From NCBI RefSeq assembly GCF_001194135.2, contig NC_068999.1, forward strand, positions 2,490,046 to 2,554,045: a stretch of 64,000 nucleotides of DNA. Reading direction: 5' to 3'. The notes beneath the pieces are model-generated. The model searched no databases. It saw only the letters and a program-made list of their open reading frames with translations, and had not been told where the DNA came from. Made by a program: the position numbers and the translations under genes. This document shows positions 36,101 to 46,342 of the stretch, piece after piece (within the stretch, counting starts at the first letter, position 1; every line of letters begins with the position of its first letter). This DNA comes from Octopus bimaculoides. Taxonomy: Eukaryota.

Positions 36101-36877
36101 TGTGTTAGACTGTGGTCATGCTGGAGTATGGCATTATTATTCCCCACCACTCTGCATCAAAATATTAAATCCTGCTACAATCTGAAACTCGTATTTGTCT
36201 TTTAAAGGTTCAAGTAGCCTCCCCTCTTTCACAATTGGTCTCCATCCTCGGTCTCAGCATTTTTCATCTCATCCTGTTTTTCAAATGTATTTTTAGAGGT
36301 TATCGAAACAGTTCAGAAAGAAGGCAAGCTCTCATTTGATGAAACATTAAATCAGAAATTACTGAAAGAAAATCTCAGGTAAATTCACGTCTAACACACT
36401 CCAATTCCTAAGTAGAAATCCTATTTATTTGATATTAATTAAGGTTATTCTAATGTTGTATAATAGTAATTTTATTTGTTTTGTTTGTTTTTTAATTCAA
36501 ATTTTAAATCATATTCTCTGAATATATTTGTCTATTTACAAATAATTGTTATACAAACTTTCTTGAGTCCTCTGCTCTAGACTTCCTACTCTTGTAATTC
36601 TCTTTCTGCCACCGTTGTCCACTGTAGAATTTCAAACTAAAAATCAAACTTACTGATCTGAGAGGAGCTCCATCTCTAACTAATTAAAATTTTAAAAATA
36701 CTTACAGTTTGGACATTTACATTGAATATAGTCTTTGTTTTTTGTTAAGCATGCATATTATTCTTGTTCTTTAATATGTATTTTTCTAATTTCAGGTGTC
36801 ATGTATGTCACAAGGAGATCACAACAATGCCGGCTCTCAAACAACATATCACTCAACACGATTATTCCATCAAATAA
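33028..36877 (+). CDS. APTX: Aprataxin (HIT-family DNA 5'-adenylate hydrolase with C2H2 zinc finger), whole gene, 6 coding exons, 203 aa
   Basis: Exons 33028-33198, 34023-34141, 35138-35191, 35760-35863, 36297-36378 and 36796-36877 join in phase to 612 nt. Motifs: [65 protein letters not shown]...LKQHITQH. Confidence 0.95.
33300..33840. mobile_element. Long imperfect inverted-repeat (foldback) DNA element in APTX intron 1
   Basis: About 200-bp arms (33300-33505 and 33636-33840), plus an internal direct repeat of about 160-bp period (33261 and 33421). Confidence 0.7.
34023..34141 (+). CDS. APTX: APTX exon 2
   Basis: Acceptor cttctag|, donor |gtaagt; [10 protein letters not shown]. Confidence 0.94.
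35138..35191 (+). CDS. APTX: APTX exon 3
   Basis: Acceptor tttcag|, donor |gtatgg; [11 protein letters not shown]. Confidence 0.93.
35760..35863 (+). CDS. APTX: APTX exon 4 (HIT motif)
   Basis: Acceptor ttccag|, donor |gtgagt; QLHLHVIS...KHWNSFTT. Confidence 0.95.
36297..36378 (+). CDS. APTX: APTX exon 5
   Basis: Acceptor ttttag|, donor |gtaaat; phases 1 to 2 fit both neighbours. Confidence 0.9.
36796..36877 (+). CDS. APTX: APTX exon 6 (C2H2 zinc finger and stop)
   Basis: Acceptor tttcag|; [21 protein letters not shown]; TAA at 36875-36877. Confidence 0.93.
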
Positions 36878-38173
36878 ATCTAGCTTAATATATTTATGCA
36901 ATAATATATATAAATGTGTTCTTTTGTTTTTTTGTTTTTTGAGGAGGAAATCTGAAATACTTTCTAACATTTTCCATGTTACTTTATACCAAACACTCCC
37001 TCCTAAGTCTAGGAGTGTTCCTTAGACTGCATTGCTTTATATTCACAATGGATTATGTTAAGGTTGGTATATAACAGACATAATGGAATTCTACACTTAA
37101 CAAAGTTAATATTTCATTATGTGTGTGTGTGTTAAAGTGCTCAATGCATGTTTGTGAAGGAAGTGGACAGATTCTGATGTATAACCCTCTATATACGTGT
37201 TTTAATCCATAAGTGGTTTCGTATAAGTATCTAAACAGATAAAGCTGACAAAGAAATGTCTATTTTTTCCAAAGTTATATAAATAGACCCCTGCATCTCC
37301 AGTTGACTATCAAAAAAACGGGATCTTATAATGCAAATTCATAGGATAGAATTTTCTAATTAAGATGCTTAATTAACTTTTATTTAAGCAAACTTCAATT
37401 GGAAGAATTTTAGATCATTCCAAAAGCAATTTCTCCATTAGTTGCAGGGGTGGTTGTGTGGTAAGAAGCTTACTTCCCAATCACATGGTTCCAGGTTCAG
37501 TCCTACTGTGTGGCACCTTGATCAAGTATCTTCTACTATAGACTTGGACTGATCAAAGGTGGATTTGGTAGATGGAAACTGGAAGAAGCCTGTCATATGT
37601 GTGTCTGTGTTTGTTCCCTATCATCACTTGACAATCAGTGTTGGTTCATTTATGTCCCTGTGACTTAGTGGTTTGGCAAAAAGAGACCAATAGAATAAGT
37701 GCCAGGCTTAAAAAAGAAAAAAATAAGTGCTGGGGTCAATTCATTCAACTAAAAGTCCTTCGAGGTGGTGCTCCAACATGGCCACAGTCTAATGACTGAA
37801 ACAGATAAAGAAATTAAACTTATAAATCTGAGTTAGTGGAATAAAATGTTGAACTTAAACAAAGAATTTTTGTCCATAGAAATTTGTATTTATCTCATGA
37901 TACTTGCCAGTTTTAGTTTTATCATCCAATAATCCCAAATCCTTGATTCACTTAAGTATTTCCATAGTTGCCATTTAATTCCAATTTGATTAGAAAAATT
38001 TGGAAACTACTATCTCTGCAACAGAACACTAAATCACAATATTTTTTTTTACCAAATGAAACTTCAAAGTATTGAAAAAATTCTTTATTTTAATGAATGA
38101 GAAGTTATTAAAAATGACTCACTTTATTATTGCATTATTGGTACATTATTGTTTCAGCAGGTCACTGATATAT

Positions 38174-38226
38174 TTATACAACATTGTTGTCGATCACATG
38201 ACTATCAACTGAAGCTGTACCAAGTT
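38174..38226 (-). CDS. Possible terminal coding exon of the C11orf65-like gene (ELGTASVDSHVIDNNVV*)
   Basis: Good acceptor tttctattttcag| and weak resemblance to human KEIATSNSS, but it needs a phase-changing exon that I could not find (possibly in gap 38699-39023). Confidence 0.35.
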
Positions 38227-39777
38227 CTGAAAATAGAAATTAAGTTGATTGTTTTCTAATTGTAATTGATAATTGATAATTCAACTAAGAACTTTCTACA
38301 TCACAATGAAAAGATTAAAACAGAAGAGAAGAGTGCTGTTATTGATACTCATCGAACAGTTAAGGAAATGAATGCTCTCACAAGAGCAGTAGAGACTGTT
38401 GCACTGGTGCTATTGATCTTGGTTGTCAACAACAGTAGAGAAAACGACTTCTGTTCTCCTTCACAATATCACTGAATGTATGAGTTGCTCAATGGAGATA
38501 GCTGTTCTCAAAGAATCACCAACCACAATAATAATATCATTTTTTAAGGTTTAAAGTTATTTATTTGAAGGAAATAGAAAGATAAATATTCCAGAATCAT
38601 ATTTGTTTGGCAAATGATTCGCAATTCAATTTTATCTATTTTAAGTTAAATGGAAATAATTACAAAAACTTAATACCTTACAACCATGAACTTGCAAANN
38701 NNNNNNNNNNNNNNNNNNNNNNNNNNNNNNNNNNNNNNNNNNNNNNNNNNNNNNNNNNNNNNNNNNNNNNNNNNNNNNNNNNNNNNNNNNNNNNNNNNNN
38801 NNNNNNNNNNNNNNNNNNNNNNNNNNNNNNNNNNNNNNNNNNNNNNNNNNNNNNNNNNNNNNNNNNNNNNNNNNNNNNNNNNNNNNNNNNNNNNNNNNNN
38901 NNNNNNNNNNNNNNNNNNNNNNNNNNNNNNNNNNNNNNNNNNNNNNNNNNNNNNNNNNNNNNNNNNNNNNNNNNNNNNNNNNNNNNNNNNNNNNNNNNNN
39001 NNNNNNNNNNNNNNNNNNNNNNNTTTTGGTTGTCAAGTGGCAGAATTGTTAGAATGCAAAATGGTTCATGGCGTTGTGTGTTTATGTTCTGAGTTCAAGC
39101 ATCAACGAGGTGGACATAGCCTTTCATCTTTTGGGGTCGATAAAATAAGTACTAGTTGAATCCTGGGGTTGATTTAATCAACTTATCCCCTCCCCCGAAC
39201 TTGCTGGCCTTGTGCCAAAATTTGAAGACAATATCTATAGAACTTAAGGTAGTAAAATGGCAGAATTGTTATCACTCCAGGCAAAATGCTAAGCAGCATT
39301 TCATCCATTTTTGTGTTCTGAGTTCAAATTCCACTGAGGTCTAGTTTGCCTTTCATCCTTTCGGGGTTGATAAAATAAGTTCCAGTCAAACACTGGGGTC
39401 AATGTAATTGTCTTACACCTTACCCCAAATTGCAGGCCTTGTGCAAAAATTTGAAACCGATATTTATAGAACATAATTTGAGAAAAGGAATTGTAGGCAT
39501 TCTATAGCATGTTTGCTTGGAAAGTGATAGCTTTGTGGTTTGTGTCCTGTCGGTGGGCCTCTGGCCCTTTTCTAACTCATATTAACCCCCAATATTGACC
39601 TTTCCCTGCAATGAAATATTCAGACTTAATTCAAAAGAATGGAATCTGTTACGGCAAAGTGGTAAAGACCAAGGCTTCTACTGAAGAGAATTAACTTGAG
39701 AACCGAATAACCTGTGAAGAAATTTTAAATCATAGTCAAAAGACGAGGTAAATATAAGAAATAAGGAAGTAATTTAC

Positions 39778-39870
39778 TCTTCAAAATCCAATGCATCAAC
39801 CCAATCAAGCAAATTATTCACTTCACAGTGGTCTTCCTCGGAAGATAATTTCTCAAAGTCACCTCTGTAC
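39778..39870 (-). CDS. C11orf65: C11orf65/MFI-like exon 6
   Basis: YRGDFEK...EVNNLLDWVDALDFE; donor |gtaaat. Read-through gives a stop after DFEE. Confidence 0.85.
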
Positions 39871-42800
39871 CTAAAATAGATGCTTTCATTAAAACATTAG
39901 TTACCAGGTAAACCTTTAAAAGTAATATCAACCAATTTATTTCTGTAATGATTATTGGTGCATCAAAACAGGAAAATATATGTACATGGTGAAATGTATG
40001 TATGTATGTGTGTGTGTGTATAGTTGGAATTTACAAAAAAAACAAAAGATGAAGACAGGTGTGTAAACAATAAACGGGTGTATTAGTTTAATGCTCGGGA
40101 AGGTGAGAAAGTCTTTTACATTTCGAGCCTATGCTCTTCAACAGAAAGGAACACGAGAAAATAAACAGAGAGAGAATAAAAAAAAGCTTTAGTGGCCAGC
40201 GGTCGATCATGGCGATATATACATATATATATACATACACATTTTTCTTAGTTTCAAATTCAAATTTCTTATGAAGAAATGTGATTATATTAAGAAGAAA
40301 TTATTTTTCTTGTAATTAACTACAACCACAAGGGCAAAGACATGTTTGAATGAACATTAAAATATTAATAGAATATCAGAATTATGTCAATAGTTTATAT
40401 CTGATGCAAAAATATTATGTATAAATTTTACTTACAATTTTTTCTTCCATTCTATTTGAAGTAATTTCTTCTTTTGTTCAGCATTTTGTTTTCTCTTGAG
40501 CTACATTAAAAAAGTTTCATTTTAATAAGTGTCTTCCATTAAAATGCTTTTGGTTTTTCTTGAAATTGGAGACAGACTACAAAGATATTCATCAAATAAT
40601 CACATATTTTAAAATTTGCTGCAGAACCAATTTCTAGTTTGCTTTTATGAAAGTTCAGATTGGATTTAAATATGACAGCAGGACCTGGGGTGTAAAGCAC
40701 ACACAGATGTATACTGCAATTTCATTGTAACTCCTTTCTTTTCTGTCTGTTCATAGTACAACATACTTCAGTATGTATACTTTTGCATCCACCATATCAA
40801 GTCTAAGATATATTTCCCTGAGTGCTATACATCGAGCTTCATTGCATGCAGCAAGATCTCTCAAGAAAGAGGTTTTTTTGTTCTATTGTTGAAGTGCAAC
40901 AGACCTCTGGAATTCAATAAGAATGAATGTGATGCCTGTGCTGGTGTTAGTGGTGGTCATCCTGTATCTGTTGACTGTGGTGGCCTCATGTGATAGTGAT
41001 TGCAATCCCAAGCCTAAGCTCAATGTAGCCAGGTCAGCTGCTTCACAATCTTTTGTGCCATGCACAAAGAATTTTTGTTCAGCTGCTGGTGCTTTTTTCA
41101 CATCTAAGGTGAAGTTGGTTGTTCGGGTTCCAGTATGTGGTGTTGTTTGCCAAATAGGATGTATAGCAAAATCTTTTTGAAATTTATTTTATCTAAACAG
41201 GGAACAGGAGTCAGTTCTGGAAAAATTTGGACTAAGAAATGTAAGACTCAGAAAAAATAGATGCAGTAAAATATCTCGAGCACTGAATAAGATTCAATAA
41301 TTGGTGTTTAAATATCCATTCTTACATAATAACAATACAAGCAACAAAATCCACCCAATTGTTAGATTAAAAGACTAAGTTGGTTATAACAATGATGGGA
41401 AGGTTAATGTAAAATTATGCTGAAGTCAGTCAATGAAGATACACTTTTGTAAGATGTCTACATTCTAAGAGAACGAAAACAAAGGAATCAGAAATATTGA
41501 TTTTAATATCAGTTGTTTTCAATTTAAATTGGCAAGCATATCTACCTTACTGGGGTGAAATAAATACTTTGTTTGAGATGATTCCAAAGTTAGCTGATCG
41601 TTTTTGTAAGGACAAAGGAATTGACCAGACACCAATCTCCAGCCATTATTTTCGGTACGCCGATACCAGTCGCTCATATCTAAAAAAATAAAGAAACACT
41701 AAGATTCCTTCAACGCTAAAACAAAACTCTTCAGTAATTGTCTGAGATATGTTACTTTTATCAAGATTATCAACATTAATTTGTACTTTTTTTCCAACAT
41801 GAAATTTTCTTTTAGAATATCATGAAATAGTTGTTGTAGGAACTACACTGCTCTGGTAAGAGGATTAGGTATTTTTAACTGTTAATTCATACTAAATATG
41901 TTTCAACATCAAATTCTTTGGACTGATTTTTAATTGGGAGAAAAAGTACGATATATAAGTAACATTTCATCAATTCCATACCGTTATTTTGAGCAAGAAA
42001 AATGTCATATTGTTTATTGTTAGAATGTAGTGCAAGAGGTAATTTCATCTTGTTGGTACAATAGTTTTTTGGACTGATAGCACAGAGGTCAATGATATTC
42101 CTTTCCGTATATATCTTGTAGTAAATATTTGGAGGAAAACAACCCTATAAAATAAAATTTAAAAAAACAATTAATAACATCAGAAGAAATCATAAACATT
42201 CTCAGAAAACAACTTCATTAATGCGGTATCCACTTAAAAACAAATACTCCACGTTAAAGGTATACATGTCTGTGGAGTGCTCAGCCACTTGCACGTTAAT
42301 TTCAGGAGCAGGCTGTTCCGTTGAGTGGATCAACTCGAACCCTCGTCGTCGTAACTGATGCAACAATGCTTTCACTTTATTCAGTTTCCTTACAATTAAA
42401 TATTTACACACACACACACACCCCACAACTGGAAAATTTGTTTGCTGAAGGAATTGGTATAATTTTTCTGGCTATGNNNNNNNNNNNNNNNNNNNNNNNN
42501 NNNNNNNNNNNNNNNNNNNNNNNNNNNNNNNNNNNNNNNNNNNNNNNNNNNNNNNNNNNNNNNNNNNNNNNNNNNNNNNNNNNNNNNNNNNNNNNNNNNN
42601 NNNNNNNNNNNNNNNNNNNNNNNNNNNNNNNNNNNNNNNNNNNNNNNCAGTCGATTAGATCGACCCAGTATGCAACTGGTACTTAATTTATCGGCCTTGA
42701 AAGAATGAAAGGTAAAGCCGACCTCGGTGGAATTTGAACTCAGAATGTAAAGACAGACAAAATACCGCTAAGCATTTCGCCCGGCGTACTTACGTTTCTT

Positions 42801-44540
42801 ATTTCTTTATTGCTCATAAGGGGCTAAACTAGAGGGGACAAACAAGGACAGACAAAGGGATTAAGTCGATTACATCAACCCCAGGGCATAACTGGTACTT
42901 ATTTAATCGACTCCGAAAGGATGAAAGGCTAAGTCGACCTCAGCGGAATTTGAACTCAGAAAAGTAGCGGTAGACGAAATACTACTAAGCATTTCGCCCG
43001 TCGTGCTAACGTTTCTGCCAGCTCTTCACTGCCTTTGTGTGTAACAATATATCACAATACCAAATATAACCGTATAACAATAAGCAATGTAACAAGAGTT
43101 GTTTATCTTAACTGTTTGCACAATAACAATTCAATACTTCAACGCAAAGTTAATAACGCGACTAACACTCTCAGCTCAACCTCAACTGTCTACTGGCTGA
43201 TCTATTTGCAAGACTCGTCCAGTTCACTGACAGTCATGTGCGGAGGAGTTCACTCCACATCAGGTTTACAACAAAAAAGGGAATACCACCTTGATATAGA
43301 GAACTGGTGAAAATATAGGAAATTTTATTTAAAAAATGTCAAGAGTAAAGATAATTTTACTTACACCACCTAACCTGAATCGGACTTTGTTACCTGATGC
43401 AGCATCCAATAAATCTGCTTCCACAGGGTTGATACAGTGGAGCATGAAAGCAGGATTTCCACAATTTTTAAAATTTATTAAATCTTTATAGTATTTAAAA
43501 ATTTGCCTATCCTGAATAACAAAACAGTAAATAGATTATTAGTTTTCAGTTCGTTATTAGTATTTTTATCCTTTTATAGGATTAGAAATAACAAATGACT
43601 CAAACTAAAGCATTAAAATTCGATAAAAATGGGATTTTAATCAGTAAAATGATACATATAAAAGTCAAAATTAAAATATTAAACAACACGCTAAATTGAA
43701 CTTTCAGCTGAGATAATATTTCATTATGTAAACGCAATCAGGTAGAAGTTAACTTTGAAAATATAGCAGATATTAATGAATTGCAATTTCAAAATCCCTC
43801 ACTCACTCATGCCCTTGCTCAATGGGGCTGAGGTCATCTTAGGTAAGTGGTCCCAGAGGCATCATCGTGTGTAGAACTAACCAGATCCACCAACGCACTC
43901 CATCGCTGGCAACCCTGTGACTGTTTGTCTGCATCCTCCAAGATGATGTTGGACTTCTGGAGATCTTCCTTAATCACATCCAGCCATCTGGTTCAGGGCT
44001 TGCCACGGTGTCTCTTCCAGCCCACAAATGCTGGATCAAATGAGAGGCTGGGGGTGGAGGACATGTCTGTGCCAGTGCAGGTTGCGGATATCTATGAGGT
44101 GGGAGGCTGCGGGCTGGTGCATGTCACCATGGAAATTTGACTTAGACTAATGGAAATACCAGAGATACTAGAAATTCAGCATTACACCTGTATTAATGAA
44201 TTTAACACTTAAGTATAATAAATAGTTACATATTTTGGTCCTACATTATCATATCTGTGAAGTCGAATGTCTTAAGATTTGACAATCCATTTACTCTAGC
44301 ACTGCTTTCTTATGTCAGCTCACAGAACCTTTTCTTTTCACCAAGCATTCCTCATCCAACTTGTTCTCACTTATTACAAAATAAAACATTACTGCTAAAA
44401 TTTTAGTTCATCTTCTATTGCAACACTTAAAAATTTCAGTGTTATTATATATAAAAAAAAGTATATAAACTTACCATAAAAGAACGCCATTTTCTCTGTA
44501 TCTTAGCTGCCTCCTCATCTAAATCGTGAAATGAATTCAT
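39778..44540 (-). CDS. C11orf65: C11orf65/MFI-like IQ-motif protein, 6 coding exons found, 3' end unresolved
   Basis: Minus-strand exons 44540-44475, 43511-43365, 42144-41982, 41679-41546, 40500-40436 and 39870-39778 are all GT-AG and in phase. Peptides AAKIQRKWRSF, INPVEADLLDAASGNKVRFRLGG, FPPNIYYKIYT, DLCAISPKNY, WYRRTENNGWRLVS, LKRKQ...IEW and EVNNLLDWVDALDFE are colinear with the recalled human C11orf65 sequence. Confidence 0.9.
40436..40500 (-). CDS. C11orf65: C11orf65/MFI-like exon 5
   Basis: LKRKQNAEQKKKLLQIEWKKKL; donor |gtaagt. Confidence 0.9.
41546..41679 (-). CDS. C11orf65: C11orf65/MFI-like exon 4
   Basis: DMSDWYRRTENNGWRLVS...FHPSK; donor |gtagat. Confidence 0.92.
41982..42144 (-). 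CDS. C11orf65: C11orf65/MFI-like exon 3
   Basis: GCFPPNIYYKIYTERNIIDLCAISPKNY; donor G|gtatgg. Confidence 0.9.
43365..43511 (-). CDS. C11orf65: C11orf65/MFI-like exon 2
   Basis: 147 nt, phase 0/0; DRQIFKYY...RFRLGG. Confidence 0.92.
43796..44130 (-). mobile_element. RTE-like LINE 3' end with (GAGT)n tail
   Basis: GKPLNQMAGCD..KEDLQKSNIILEDA...QRWSALV-type remnant ending GAGTGAGTGAG. Confidence 0.55.
44475..44540 (-). CDS. C11orf65: C11orf65/MFI-like exon 1 (MNSFHDLDEEAAKIQRKWRSFM, IQ motif)
   Basis: ATG at 44540; donor |gtaagt at 44474. Confidence 0.88.
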
Positions 44541-45986
44541 TTTATGTCATAACCACAATACGCTGGTTAGATTTGAAATTGTGAAAATGTCTACAAAAGA
44601 ACATTTACAGATCTTAAATCACCTAGTCAAATATAAGGTACAAAAATCTCTGAATTTTACTTCATGGTAAGCATATGAAAATATGTAAAACATGTTATTT
44701 AGGTGAGCTAATTATCAAATGAGCTGATTGTTTCTGTTCCTAGGCCCACTCCTACGCTTTTCATCTGGCACAAATACTACCCCCTCTCTCAGTTGAGGGG
44801 TCTTGTCTTGTAAATTATTTGGTAACTTCCCTGCTGTTGGTGTCACATAAAACACTTCGCAGAAGAGGAGACTTCCTAGGGCTGCTCGTGGAAACCCCAC
44901 AAAACCACGACCGCTCTGACCACTAGGGCAAGTGCCCTCTCCACAGCGTCTTCAGGCGCGTGTTTAGAGTAGGCCTGTTCACTCGGACCATTCTTGTCAC
45001 ATTCACCCACCTTTCAACAAAATTGCTGGGAGGCAGCACTCCCCTCACTTTCCTTTTCAAATGAAATTTGTAAAAGTTGATGAGAGCTTGGCCAAAGAGG
45101 AAAGCTATCTCTTCAGCCCTTTCAATCTAGTCCACCACACAACCTCTTTCGCTAAGGCTACCAGACAAAGAAACATTGTCTACCCTTAATAATTCTTTCT
45201 ATTATAGGTACAAAGCCTGAAATATGGGGGAGGAGGATAGTCTATTACATCGACCCCAGTGTGTAACTAGTGCTTATTTAATCGACCCCAAAAGGATAAA
45301 AAGCAAAGTCGAACTCGGCGGAATTTGAACTCACAACGTAGCGAAATACTGCTAAGAATTTCGTCCAGCGTGCTAACGATTTTGGCCACAGAATGAAGCT
45401 TTTGTATTGTTCAGGAGCACTCGTGGTGGCTAATTTAATGCGTGGATTCCATAATATAAAAGCATTTTGATTTACTGAAAATCATGCATATGAGTCTGGT
45501 GGTGGCCGATCTTTAGCCAAAAATTCTCTTTGCTCAACGTGCAATATATCCTTCATTTGTTTTAAATTATTATTGCTATAACAATATTGTTACATTTATT
45601 AATGATTGATATTGCTAGAGCTGAGCATTATTATCATTGATATTATTTATCAATTTCAAAAATGCAAGAGACTCTTAAGTTTGCGAAAGTGTAAATGGCA
45701 CGCCATACTCCATGATCGCCCACAGAACGCGGAATGACATGAAAGCTTTAATGGAAAACCTATTGTCAACATGTCTCAATAAAAACAGTCACCGTCTGAG
45801 TAGTAACACCTATGGCTGTGTTGTTTAAGCGTTTGGGTATACTGGACAGTCAACTGGGGATTCCGATGCTAATTTTCGTGCTGTGGTTTTCTTTCGATAG
45901 GACCCAGTGCTTTGCTTCGTTTGAAGTGAAATCGGGGTTTTAATGCTGTTAAGTAGCCGTAGCCCAGTTGAAACCATTCTGCCTTT

Positions 45987-46342
45987 GGCGATCTTACGGT
46001 ACGAGTCCAAAATATCGGCCTTTTCCGTAAAAAGTGTCTTCGGCGATCTTTACCAAAGGTCGCCCTTTTCCGTAAAAAGTGTTGGAGAGAAACAGGGAAA
46101 CGACGTCATAAAAGCGAAAGAGATACAGAGAGCGCGATTTCTTTTGAAGGGTTTAGGGTTAGGGATTGGGTTATGGAATTCCGTCACTAACCCTAACCCT
46201 AAGCCTGACACTAAAACCCTAACCCTAACACCGTAGTGAAGATCGTGCGGGTGTTACGGAAAAGGCCGATCTTTGGTAAAAGTCGCCGAAGACACTTTTT
46301 ACAGAAAAGGCCGATATTTAGGACTCGCACCGTAAGATCGCC
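45987..46342. mobile_element. MITE/foldback element with about 95-bp TIRs and a telomere-repeat core
   Basis: TIRs start GGCGATCTTACGGT; flanks CTGCCTTT (45979-45986) and CTGCCCTT (46343-46350) form an 8-bp TSD with 1 mismatch; core of TTAGGG/CCCTAA repeats. Confidence 0.88.

Noticed and set aside
38266-38475. 69-aa + strand ORF
   Set aside because: It starts at TTG, has no recognisable motif, and lies in probable MFI intron or UTR sequence.
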